A stretch of DNA of 64,000 nucleotides from an uncultured cyanobacterium (GTDB lineage: Bacteria; Cyanobacteriota; Cyanobacteriia; Cyanobacteriales; Nostocaceae), in assembly GCA_963740315.1 (NCBI GenBank), contig CAVUDP010000001.1:928001-992000 (forward strand), read 5' to 3'. This document shows positions 54,948 to 64,000 of the stretch, one piece after another (position 1 is the first letter of the stretch; each line of letters begins with the position of its first letter). Made by a program: the position numbers and the translations under genes. Below the pieces are notes generated by a model. It ran no database searches. It was not told the DNA's origin and saw only the letters and a list, made by a program, of their open reading frames with translations.

Positions 54948-55592
54948 ATGACAGTAGCTAAAACTTCTGCCCGCGAACTTTTACGGGCTGCTTATGATAA
55001 CCGTTACACTTGGGACAAGAGTTTCCCCGGTTATACCGCAGATGTAACTTATAAATATGAAGGTAAAGAATTTAAGGGAAAAGTCCGCGTCAACTCCGAT
55101 TTGAAAGCGGAAGTTTTTGACATAGAAGACGAACAAGCCAAAGAAGCAATTAACAATCAGTTGTGGGAAATAGCAATTCATCGCATTAGACGCGAATTTG
55201 AAGACTCCCACAAAGACAATACTTTTAGTGAAGGTGATACCGACGAATCTGGTGCTGTAGAAGTATTAGTCGGTGGCAAGGCTTCCGGAGACAAATACAA
55301 AATTCGCGATCGCGAAGTAGTTTTAGTTCACCGTCACATTCACGGCGTAGTAGTCACAATCAACACGAGCAGCACCCACGACACCGGCGCAGGATATCTT
55401 GCTCATCGCTATGATTCGGTATACCACGATCCGAAAACAGGCGAACAAAAAGGTGGAAAAAGCGAATTTGAAGATAAATACGAAAAAGTTGGCGATTATT
55501 CCATCCTTAACGAACGGATAATTACCACCGAAGTCGAAGGAAAACCCGCGACTATGCAGTTTATCTTCTCTAATATTCAAATGTTGGGTTAA
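54948..55592 (+). CDS. DUF3386 family protein
   Basis: AAYDNRYTWD..FPGY motif; AGGAG ribosome-binding site. Confidence 0.85.
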   Translation: MTVAKTSARELLRAAYDNRYTWDKSFPGYTADVTYKYEGKEFKGKVRVNSDLKAEVFDIEDEQAKEAINNQLWEIAIHRIRREFEDSHKDNTFSEGDTDESGAVEVLVGGKASGDKYKIRDREVVLVHRHIHGVVVTINTSSTHDTGAGYLAHRYDSVYHDPKTGEQKGGKSEFEDKYEKVGDYSILNERIITTEVEGKPATMQFIFSNIQMLG

Positions 55593-55599
55593 AGAGAGA

Positions 55600-55718
55600 G
55601 GGGAGATGGGGAGATGGGGAGATGGGGAGATGGGGAGATGGGGAGATGGGGAGATGGGGAGATGGGGAGATGGGGAGATGGGGAGATGGGGAGATGGGGA
55701 GATGGGGAGATGGGGAGA
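55600..55718. repeat. Perfect STRR (GGGGAGAT)14 plus a partial unit
   Basis: Direct count of units. Confidence 0.97.
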
Positions 55719-55788
55719 AATTTGGATTATTAATCGTTACTTCCAACTTCTAACTCCTAACTACTCCCTACTCCCTACTCCCTACTCC

Positions 55789-56163
55789 CTACTTTCGTAA
55801 TTTCTCAACATTATCTTCCCAATTTCGACCGTCAAAAGGTATTATTTCAAATTGCGATATAACATCATCATCGAGACAGCGTAGATTGACATCAACACAT
55901 TCGGGATGACTGCGAGGAATATAAAAAGAATGAATTCCGCAATTTTTACAAAATTTATGCTTAGCTACACCAGTATTAAAAGTGTAAGTTGTTAAATTAT
56001 CTTCACCTTTTAACAAAGTAAATTTGTCTTGCGGCACTATTAAATGCAAGAAACCCTTCTTAGTACAAACTGAACAATTACAGTCATCAGCCTTGCGATT
56101 ATCGACTACAACCCGAAAACGCACCGCACCACAATGACATCCACCTTCATAAGTTGCTTTCAT
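55789..56163 (-). CDS. GFA family (CENP-V-like) Zn protein
   Basis: GGCHCG, CNCSVC and FCKNCG motifs. Confidence 0.93.
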   Translation of the reverse strand: MKATYEGGCHCGAVRFRVVVDNRKADDCNCSVCTKKGFLHLIVPQDKFTLLKGEDNLTTYTFNTGVAKHKFCKNCGIHSFYIPRSHPECVDVNLRCLDDDVISQFEIIPFDGRNWEDNVEKLRK

Positions 56164-56463
56164 CAGTTATCAGTTATCAGTGAGCAGTTATCAGTGAGCA
56201 GTGAGCAGTGAGCAGTGAGCAGTGAGCAGTTAGGAGTACTTCGACAAGCTCAGTAACCTTATTGAGTTAGGAGTATTGAGTTATGAGTTAAAAATTATCT
56301 CCTTGTCCCCTTGTCTCCCTATCTCCCCATCTCCCCCTCTCCCCATCTCCTTGTCTCCTTATCTCCCCATCTCCCCCTCTCCCCATCTCCTTGTCTCCTT
56401 ATCTCCCCATCTCCCCCTCTCCCCCTCTCCCCATCTCCCCATCTCCCCCTCTCCCTCTTCCCC
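56162..56463. repeat. STRR mosaic: (CAGTTAT/CAGTGAG)n and (CCCCATCT/CCTTGTCT)n
   Basis: Direct reading. Confidence 0.9.
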
Positions 56464-56468
56464 ACTTT

Positions 56469-56702
56469 CTACAAATATTCCTGTAAAAAGTCTAACGGTT
56501 CATCTTCCCAAGCGGGTTCGGGTACCAGCCAACTTAATGTTTTTTTAATATCTTCTTCTATTTCATCGCTGTCTTTTCTGTCAAATAATTCCACCAAGAT
56601 TTTCCAGTCACGCTCGTTAAATTCCTCTAAGGGTTGAGCGTGTACTTCTGGTTTCGGTACCGACCCGAATTTGGTTGAATCTGGTGAAATATCGCTTTTC
56701 AC
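56469..56702 (-). CDS. Small acidic hypothetical protein
   Basis: 77-aa ORF; start codon uncertain. Confidence 0.55.
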   Translation of the reverse strand: MKSDISPDSTKFGSVPKPEVHAQPLEEFNERDWKILVELFDRKDSDEIEEDIKKTLSWLVPEPAWEDEPLDFLQEYL

Positions 56703-56955
56703 AAATTAATAGTAAATACGTTTTATATAGGTATGCATTAATTAAATATTTGGATACAGACTTGAATACAAGTCCCCCTCTCTTACAAAAAAGGGCTGGG
56801 CGATCGCGGTTTATATTAGACTCATAACTCTAACTCAAATAAATCGCTGTAATAATTTTGATTTTTAAAAATAAAGATTTGTTATCTAAACCATAAATAA
56901 TTACGTAAAAAGTATATTCAGTAATGGTTCATCCTATCCTACTCAAGGCATACCC

Positions 56956-57630
56956 TCAAGGTTGATGAAGATTATGTGGATGCTCGATTAATTCTAGGTT
57001 AAACACTTGTGCAAAGCAGCTTGCAACGTGAATCCTTACTTCCGCGCAGGTAATACCGGGAATCCATTCGGTTAAACTTGCTACGGATTTATCTGATATA
57101 CCGCAAGGCACAATCCGCTCAAAGCCTTTCATGTCGGGACAAACGTTTAATGAAAACCCGTGCATGGTAATCCAACGGCTCACTTTTATCCCAATTGCCG
57201 CGACTTTACGCCCTTCTAACCATACGCCAGTGAGTGATGGTATGCGTTCTCCTTGCAATTTGTAAACTGCCAATACGCGAATTAATACTTCTTCTAGTTG
57301 ACGTAGGTACCAGTGCAAGTCTTGACGATGACGCTGTAAGTTTAAAATTGGATACCCTACCAATTGTCCGGGACAATGGTACGTTACCTCACCACCTCGT
57401 TCAATTCGATGCACCTCGTAAGTATTTTTGTCAAGGTCAAACTTAACAAACTCACTGCTCGATCCTCTTCCTAGAGTGTATACGGGAGGATGTTCCAGCA
57501 GTATCAACGCATCATCTAAACTAGGATCTTTTACTCGTTCACTCTGAAGTTCTTTTTGCCACCTCCATGCATCTAAGTATTGTATCACTACTTGGTTATA
57601 TAACAAACATCGGTTATTTGTGTCAGACAT
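56956..57630 (-). CDS. lipB: Octanoyltransferase LipB
   Basis: [36 protein letters not shown] and IVPCG motifs. Confidence 0.96.
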   Translation of the reverse strand: MSDTNNRCLLYNQVVIQYLDAWRWQKELQSERVKDPSLDDALILLEHPPVYTLGRGSSSEFVKFDLDKNTYEVHRIERGGEVTYHCPGQLVGYPILNLQRHRQDLHWYLRQLEEVLIRVLAVYKLQGERIPSLTGVWLEGRKVAAIGIKVSRWITMHGFSLNVCPDMKGFERIVPCGISDKSVASLTEWIPGITCAEVRIHVASCFAQVFNLELIEHPHNLHQP

Positions 57631-58186
57631 ACTATGAAAACTGGTAAAAGGCAAGAAGCTGATGGTACCCGATGTGTTTCAAGTTACCGCTACTGAGTGA
57701 ATAAATGTCAAGCAATGCAAAGGATTTTAAAGGAAAGTCACATAAACCGCCTTTGTGAAAAATCAAGTGTTAATTTGAATATATTACTCAATTGTGTGGG
57801 GAGGAGTTCTGAAGATCGCCATTACGCTCTGTTAAAAATCGAAAAGCAAGCGGCGTATGGTGTCTATCCAATTTTTCAAATTAATTGGGGAATAAAACTT
57901 CCGAGAAGAAATTTTTGTCTATGAAAAGCACGTTTGGTAAACCTCCTCGTAACTACTATAAAGTTGGCGGGGAAATCCAGGTTTTATACAACCAGTTGGA
58001 GTAAGAGAAGCAAATCATTAGACCAAAGTCTAATTTAAATACGAGAAAATTTCGCATTAAGTTGCAAATCGTTTCTTACGCAAACGTTTCGTAGCTTAAC
58101 GAACGAAAACGGTAGTTGTCTAAACCAACCATAAGTTTTCGTTCAAATCTTTATACCAAACAAAATATTTCAGCGGGAGAGTTTTC

Positions 58187-58846
58187 ATGAAGCTTGTTAT
58201 CCACGGCAAAAATATTGAAATCACGGATGCGATTCGGGAATACGTGCATCAAAAAATAGAAAAAGCTGCGAGTCATTTTCAGCATATTACCAACGAGGTT
58301 GATGTACATTTGAGCGTAGCTAAAAATCCCCGAATTAATCCCAACCAGACAGCGGAAGTAACTATTTACGCGAATGGTAACGTTATCCGTGCCGAGGAAA
58401 GCAGTGAAAATTTATATGCCAGTATTGATTTAGTTGCGAATAAAATTGCCCGTCAACTGCGAAAATACAAAGAGCGACGACGCGATAAAACAATTCACGA
58501 TCGCAACAATACGATTGAAGAGGTAATTCCAGAAGAACTAGTTACGGATTTGATTGGCGATCGCACTCCCGAATTACCCGAAGAAGTAGTTCGTACTAAA
58601 TATTTTGCCATGTCGCCGATGAGTGTTTCAGAAGCTTTGGAACAGTTGCGAATGGTTGGACATGATTTTTATATGTTCCACAACAGCGAAACAGACGAAA
58701 TAAACGTGATTTACGAGCGCAACCACGGTGGTTATGGCGTAATTCAACCTCGCAACAACGCTCATTCCAACGGTAACGGAAATGGTAACGGTAAAGCGTC
58801 TCATGCTAACTTTACCATGCCAATAAAAACTAACTCTACTTACTAA
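58187..58846 (+). CDS. hpf: Ribosome hibernation factor (long HPF / LrtA)
   Basis: [15 protein letters not shown] and GHDFYMF...[10 protein letters not shown] motifs; GGGAG ribosome-binding site. Confidence 0.95.
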   Translation: MKLVIHGKNIEITDAIREYVHQKIEKAASHFQHITNEVDVHLSVAKNPRINPNQTAEVTIYANGNVIRAEESSENLYASIDLVANKIARQLRKYKERRRDKTIHDRNNTIEEVIPEELVTDLIGDRTPELPEEVVRTKYFAMSPMSVSEALEQLRMVGHDFYMFHNSETDEINVIYERNHGGYGVIQPRNNAHSNGNGNGNGKASHANFTMPIKTNSTY

Positions 58847-58867
58847 ACCTATGGTTAAAAGTAAGTA

Positions 58868-59012
58868 ATATTATGTCCGTCTAAATAACTATCATTGCGA
58901 CACTACCGAAGCAATTCCAAAACCTTGCCATAAGCCGCACCGTCGGTGAATGCTTCGTTTAACTTTGTTCCATTGGCAATCAGATATTATGGGAATTTGA
59001 CGGACATCATAT
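58868..59012. mobile_element. MITE-like element with 17-bp imperfect TIRs
   Basis: ATATTATGTCCGTCTAA / TTTGACGGACATCATAT; internal TCATTGCGA..CGAAGCAA..TGCTTCG. Confidence 0.7.
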
Positions 59013-59070
59013 AATTTATACTAGGGAGGAAATATAAAAATCTACTCCAACATCAAGACTTTAAAATCAT

Positions 59071-59103
59071 AAATCACGGCATTATAAACTGCCGTGATTT
59101 TTT
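59071..59103 (+). terminator. Intrinsic terminator downstream of hpf
   Basis: AAATCACGGCA...TGCCGTGATTT followed by Ts. Confidence 0.75.
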
Positions 59104-59163
59104 ATAATCGGATGGCAAAAAAAATTTTAATTTTGCAACTAATTATCTTATGTTTTCACCAAA

Positions 59164-60660
59164 ATGATCGTAAGATACACTCCAATCAAACTTTATAATT
59201 TTGAGCAAATGTCAAAATACGAAAACAAGGAGCTAAAGCTTTTAGATATCAAACAATGTAGCTCAGTCGCTGATATTGTTGAGGGAATGAGTAAATGCTC
59301 TTTTGGTGCCAGGATGCTAGGTGAAGTAACTGCTAGAATCAGCCAATGGATAGTTGAAAAGGATGCCCCGGTTGCCATATATGATGGCAAATTAAACAGT
59401 CCTTTAGGTAAATTGCTCAAGGAGATGGTTAGGCGAAATTGGCTCACTCAAGTTATTTCTCAACACAACTATTCATTAGCGCCAAAACTCCAAGACAATG
59501 TAATTGTTATAGGTGCCTACTGTGAAAGTTTTGAAGAGACTTTATCTCGTCAAATCAAGCAAGTAATTTTTATTAATCAATTTGGCATGGCTTTACCAGG
59601 CCAGATATCAGATGGTTACTTCCCCAACGTGATATTCTGCGATCCAAAATTTGCAATTCCAGCCATTTTTGCCAGTCTTGAAGAGAGGTTAAATGGTCAG
59701 AAGACAACGATTCCCGAATTTATTGAAGAAATTGCTCAATATGGTGGTTTAGCTGCTCAGATCCATAGAGGTGCCCATACCTTATTGGCAATGGAAAAGG
59801 ATCCTGAGTGCAAAGTTTTTCTCACCATAAGCGGAGCAATGACGATTGCCAAAATGGGTCTTGTGGTCTGCGATATGATTGATTTGGGGATGGTAGATGG
59901 TATTTGTACCACAGGTGCATTAATGGCTCACGGGCTAGTTGAAAGCGTTGGCTTAAAACACTTTAGATACGATCCTAATGAGGATGATGCTACCTTAGCT
60001 CAACAAAAGTTAAATCGTGTTTCTGATACCCTTGAGCCAGAAACAAATCTCGATCATATTGGCAATATAATCACCAAGGTTTTTGATGAAAGGGATGAAA
60101 AAGAACCCTTCAGTCCAAGGATTTTTTGCCAGGTTGTAGGCAAATATCTTGCAGACTTCTATCCTCATGAAAGAGGAATATTGAAATCTGCTTATCAGCA
60201 CAATGTCCCGGTGTTTGTGCCAGCTTTCCACGATTCAGAATTGGGTAATGATCTCTACCTAGATAATCAGATGAAAAAGAAAGAAGGCAAAAAGGCCATA
60301 CCATTGAATATAGAACTTGATACACAATATTTGCTGGATATAGTCACAAAGTCACCAAAAATTGGGATTTTTACAATTGGTGGAGGTGTACCAAGAAATT
60401 TCATCCAAAATATCACCTGTTTAATTGACTTGATCAATGAAAACCAGAAAGCTAATTTACCTAATCCACGATTTTCCTATGGCTGCCGAATTTGCCCAGA
60501 TCCCATGTACTATGGACATTTGTCAGGATGTACGTACTCTGAAGGTATGTCATGGAGAAAGATGCAAATCGACGGTCACTTTAGTGAAATTCATGCAGAC
60601 GCTACTCAGGTATGGCCGTTTCTGGTTAAGTTTGTCATGGAAGCTAAGGCGGTTGCCTAA
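59164..60660 (+). CDS. Deoxyhypusine synthase family (homospermidine synthase-like) protein with extra N-terminal module
   Basis: VFLTISGAM, TTGA, DSELG, IGGGVPRN, LSGCTYSEGMSWRK and ADAT motifs; start could be 59209. Confidence 0.88.
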   Translation: MIVRYTPIKLYNFEQMSKYENKELKLLDIKQCSSVADIVEGMSKCSFGARMLGEVTARISQWIVEKDAPVAIYDGKLNSPLGKLLKEMVRRNWLTQVISQHNYSLAPKLQDNVIVIGAYCESFEETLSRQIKQVIFINQFGMALPGQISDGYFPNVIFCDPKFAIPAIFASLEERLNGQKTTIPEFIEEIAQYGGLAAQIHRGAHTLLAMEKDPECKVFLTISGAMTIAKMGLVVCDMIDLGMVDGICTTGALMAHGLVESVGLKHFRYDPNEDDATLAQQKLNRVSDTLEPETNLDHIGNIITKVFDERDEKEPFSPRIFCQVVGKYLADFYPHERGILKSAYQHNVPVFVPAFHDSELGNDLYLDNQMKKKEGKKAIPLNIELDTQYLLDIVTKSPKIGIFTIGGGVPRNFIQNITCLIDLINENQKANLPNPRFSYGCRICPDPMYYGHLSGCTYSEGMSWRKMQIDGHFSEIHADATQVWPFLVKFVMEAKAVA

Positions 60661-60768
60661 AGCACGTAAATTAAATTTGCCAAATTATCGCTTCAATTAA
60701 ATTTCTTGGTTTGTTATTTTTTAAGAATTCCTCACGAATAATTCAACCAAGCTTGTTTTTATCTAGAT

Positions 60769-60877
60769 ATACAGCACTTTGCAGATAAATTAGGTACAGC
60801 CTTATATTATAAAACTCTTGTGGGATGGGCCGATTGGCTCGTCCAAACGTATCTCATAACTCGGAAATATGCTGTAT
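60769..60877. mobile_element. Short MITE-like element
   Basis: ATACAGCA / TGCTGTAT ends; internal imperfect palindrome GGATGGGC..GCTCGTCC. Confidence 0.55.
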
Positions 60878-60921
60878 TTGGGAACTATAAAAATAAGAAA
60901 ATTTCCCCAATATACAAATTA

Positions 60922-61154
60922 ATGGATCAAAAAAATCAGTCAAACAAAAAAAAGATAACCGCGCCCAATTTACTGCTCGTTTTGGCTGCGGTTTTATATT
61001 TGGTATTTTCTTCGCAATCGCTTTAGGATTGCTAGCTGATGCTCAAACTTTGAAAAGCTTATTAGCGATCGCAATTGTATCAGCAGTGATATGTGGTTTC
61101 TTATCTGCGGCTTTTGGCGATCGCTTTTGGCTGTGGCTTCGTTTTTGGTTGTAA
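60922..61154 (+). CDS. Small two-TM membrane protein split by a -1 frameshift in an A8 tract
   Basis: The -1 frame reads KDNRAQFTARFGCGFIFGIFFAIALG...ICGFLSAAFGDRFWLWLRFWL* and has no canonical start of its own. Confidence 0.65.
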
Positions 61155-61241
61155 TAAATTCAACTATTAAATAGCATTCTCAACTCAATTTAAGCTTGAA
61201 ACAGGTTTATAGTTGATGAGAAAAACACTCATTGTATAAAA

Positions 61242-61475
61242 ATGTCTCTAGAACCTTGTAAAGTTTGCGGTGTTCTCAACAGTAGTGAAGAAGAAATTTG
61301 TCTGAGCTGCGGTTTTCCTACAAAAGGACGAAAACGACCTGTAGTATTTCAAATTGCGGCGATTATTTTGGTTTTAGTTTTTGTCGTACCTTTAATTGCT
61401 ACTTTAATTAATTTGATTAAACCCTCTCAAGAAGAGCGATCGCCAACTAATACAAAAACATCTTTAAAATTGTAG
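61242..61475 (+). CDS. Zn-ribbon plus single-TM hypothetical protein
   Basis: CKVCG...CLSCG followed by a hydrophobic helix. Confidence 0.75.
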   Translation: MSLEPCKVCGVLNSSEEEICLSCGFPTKGRKRPVVFQIAAIILVLVFVVPLIATLINLIKPSQEERSPTNTKTSLKL

Positions 61476-61682
61476 GGTGTGTTAAACCCACGACTATATT
61501 TGGCTTTAATTAATAACCTTGATACGTTTAACGCACCATCCGGAACTGATACAGAGTAATAGAATTTAAACCAATAGATTAAAAAATTACAATTACCACA
61601 AATTATCCTTGGTGCGTTAGACGCGAAACAGATATATTTTGTCACCATGAGAATTACCCGTCGCGCCATAACACACCCTACA
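61471..61682. repeat. Inverted pair of GTAG-type REP-like palindromes
   Basis: TGTAGGGTGTGTTA / TAACACACCCTACA perfect 14-bp arms; inner TAACGCACCA / TGGTGCGTTA. Confidence 0.75.
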
Positions 61683-61686
61683 TTTA

Positions 61687-62730
61687 TCACACGCTAGACG
61701 CTTCTATTTTTATTTCTTGCGCTTCATTAGCATTCAAAGCATCAAGAGTATCCCAAATTTGCTGCAACATTGGCTGTAAACCTTCGCCAGTCACCGCAGA
61801 AATTATGAAAACTGGAGCGTAGGAAAGATGATTTAATTGGGTTGCTAATGCTTCTAAATCTACACTTTCTTTATCTACAGCATCAATTTTATTCAAGGCG
61901 ATAATTTGGGTTTTTTCTCGCAATTCCCGCCCGTATGACTGTAATTCTTGAACAATCGTGTTGTATTCACCAACTACATCTTCGCTGGTAGCATCAATTA
62001 CGTGCAGCAATACGCGGGTACGTTCGATGTGACGCAAGAAATCATGTCCCAATCCTGCACCAAGGGATGCACCTTCAATTAATCCGGGAATGTCAGCAAA
62101 AACCGTACCGTCACCAGTAGGTTTTCTCACAACACCTAAATTAGGTATCAAAGTAGTAAAAGGATAATCGGCAATCTTTGGACGTGCTGCCGATAAAGCC
62201 GAAATTAAAGTAGATTTACCGGCATTTGGTAATCCAATAATTCCCACTTCAGCTAACAGTTTTAGCTCCAAACGTAAGGTTTGAATTTCTCCATCCAATC
62301 CCGGCAAAGCGTGTTCCGGAGCGCGGTTGCGATTGCTCAAAAAATACTTATTCCCCAGTCCGCCTTTACCACCTTGAGCAACTAATAAAGTTTGTTCGGG
62401 TTTAGTTAAATCGCCAATTAACTCATCGGTTTCGCCATTATAAACAGCAGTACCGCAAGGAACTTCAATTAATAAATCCTCTCCAGATGCGCCTGTCATA
62501 TTTTTTGGACCGCCGCGAGAACCATTTTGCGCTACGAAACGACGCTTGTATCGGAAGTCTAGTAATGTTTGTAGGTCTTGTGAAGCAACCAAAATCACCG
62601 AACCACCTCGTCCTCCATTCCCTCCCGAAGGACCGCCAGCGGGTACGAATTTTTCCCGTCGAAAAGCGACAATACCATCACCGCCTTTACCTGCTTCTAC
62701 TTCAATTTTTGCTTGATCGATAAATTGCAT
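61687..62730 (-). CDS. obgE: GTPase ObgE/CgtA
   Basis: MQFID, Gly-rich Obg domain, [17 protein letters not shown] and NKID motifs. Confidence 0.97.
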   Translation of the reverse strand: MQFIDQAKIEVEAGKGGDGIVAFRREKFVPAGGPSGGNGGRGGSVILVASQDLQTLLDFRYKRRFVAQNGSRGGPKNMTGASGEDLLIEVPCGTAVYNGETDELIGDLTKPEQTLLVAQGGKGGLGNKYFLSNRNRAPEHALPGLDGEIQTLRLELKLLAEVGIIGLPNAGKSTLISALSAARPKIADYPFTTLIPNLGVVRKPTGDGTVFADIPGLIEGASLGAGLGHDFLRHIERTRVLLHVIDATSEDVVGEYNTIVQELQSYGRELREKTQIIALNKIDAVDKESVDLEALATQLNHLSYAPVFIISAVTGEGLQPMLQQIWDTLDALNANEAQEIKIEASSV

Positions 62731-62998
62731 AATAAAAAATGGGCATGGGGCATGGGGCATAGGGCATTGGTTTTTTACCGATCGCTGACCACTAAACTAT
62801 CCCCAATTGAAAGGATAATAATATCACTATTACAAAGCCAAGCCAGCATAGTTAAATTTGAAATGCTGATGACCAACAAATAGTAACTATAAGTATTTAC
62901 CCTTCTATTTCCAGGATAGCTGTGTTTTAGCTTCCAGATAGACTATTTGAAATTCCTTTCTCCCATGCCCTATGCCCTATCCCCAATGCCCTTTTAAA

Positions 62999-63688
62999 TT
63001 AAATATATTCCGAAACATCCTCGTTACAATCATCCGCTAAATAGGACAAAGCGCGGAAACGCAAGCCTACGAGTTGTTCGTAAAGCGGATTTATTTTGCA
63101 CAACGGAGGAATATGTATGACTTTGCGCCCAAACAGTTTCACATCCCGCTCAAAAGGACATTGATTAGGAATCATTTTGCACAAAAAGCGGGCAACTTTG
63201 GGGTCTTGAACATCCAAACCGTCTAGCCAATCTCGCAGGGGATTTAAGGCTTCAATTGGCGGTTTTGCAGGAGGTGCCAGGGATGAAGCAGCACCTGATG
63301 CCGATAAAGCTGGTTGAGGATTTTCTAAAGTCTGGCGCAGAGATTCCAGCAGGTTTTTCGGCTCTCCCAAAGCTTCACAAAGTTGCTGCAATAGCTCGTC
63401 TTCGCTGGGAGAATATATTCCATCGGCAATAGCTACCATCACCGCAGTCCGCAAGAAGTTTTCTGCAACAGAGGTACCTTTACCGAAAATAGCAGCTAAT
63501 TCTTCTGGCGTTATCGTTTCAAATGATTCTACATTCATCCCAGGAACTAATTCGTCTTGGGCGATCGCAGTTATCAATTGCTTTTCTTGCTCGTCAAAGT
63601 TTCCGTCAGCCCAAGCAATAGTCAGCAGCCCACGCAGCCAAGCAGATATTTGTTCGCTACTGTAGGGAGATTGAACAGCACTTGTCAT
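62999..63688 (-). CDS. TerB-like domain plus 'Mo-dependent nitrogenase C-terminal' domain protein
   Basis: IAWADG and VAIADG repeats; CPFERD and IPPLCKINPLY motifs. Confidence 0.88.
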   Translation of the reverse strand: MTSAVQSPYSSEQISAWLRGLLTIAWADGNFDEQEKQLITAIAQDELVPGMNVESFETITPEELAAIFGKGTSVAENFLRTAVMVAIADGIYSPSEDELLQQLCEALGEPKNLLESLRQTLENPQPALSASGAASSLAPPAKPPIEALNPLRDWLDGLDVQDPKVARFLCKMIPNQCPFERDVKLFGRKVIHIPPLCKINPLYEQLVGLRFRALSYLADDCNEDVSEYI

Positions 63689-64000
63689 AACTCACGTCTC
63701 TAACTTTCCCAAATCCATACTAACTCGCCCTTTTATTATCTTTTGGAAAGCTTGTTGCTATTTTCTATAAAAAAAAAGATCCCTGTTTGATATTTTGCAA
63801 TCCAAAATTGCTAGTAAGTTTAGATCGCAAATCTTAATTAACGCTATTTGCTTGAAGAAAACATTATTTTATTTGCTAAGAAGATGTTTTCCAAGTCATA
63901 AATAAAACCACAAACGTTCAGATCCTCCATTATCTCCCATCGTCATTAGGGGAACTTTAACCCCCCGCATGCAAGGAGGGAAGGGGGGATAATCCGAGAA

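Noticed and set aside
55600..55718. Tandem arrays as possible CRISPR
   Set aside because: 7-8-bp units with no unique spacers and no cas genes.
59164..60660. Absence of HIP1 in the DHS-like gene as evidence of horizontal transfer
   Set aside because: 1.5 kb without a site is too short to be significant at the density seen here.
62999..63688. Nitrogenase gene
   Set aside because: The domain name is historical; no NifH/D/K motifs or nif context.

Overview
A 64-kb AT-rich chromosomal segment from a filamentous, probably heterocyst-forming cyanobacterium (Nostocales-like). The assignment rests on frequent HIP1 octamers (GCGATCGC), 7-8-mer STRR tandem repeats and cyanobacterial gene families. 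Housekeeping genes include a CPA2 antiporter (cut by the window edge), ggt, dapL, htpX, aspS, lipB, hpf/lrtA and obgE. Also present are a hybrid histidine kinase, a photolyase/cryptochrome, a protealysin-emfourin pair and a ~17-kb Wzx/Wzy-type polysaccharide cluster (34.1-51.5 kb). That cluster carries GH74-like and GH-J-like hydrolases, duplicated GT2 genes, a GT2 relic and a WecB/TagA gene split by a stop codon. Many MITE/REP-like palindromes lie between genes. No rRNA, tRNA, CRISPR array or transposase was seen. Most notable observations: (1) a secreted RGSGR (PatX/PatS-type) peptide gene heading two unknown genes; (2) a secreted prepro-peptide whose mature part is 52% Arg with a two-Cys beta-hairpin; (3) a coiled-coil fused to a chromophore-less phycobiliprotein-like domain, preceded by a strand-specific long RNA hairpin; (4) an unannotated membrane-protein gene needing a -1 shift at A_AAA_AAG followed by a stem-loop; (5) a deoxyhypusine-synthase-like protein that appears internally duplicated. 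All family assignments were made by eye from motifs; no searches were run.
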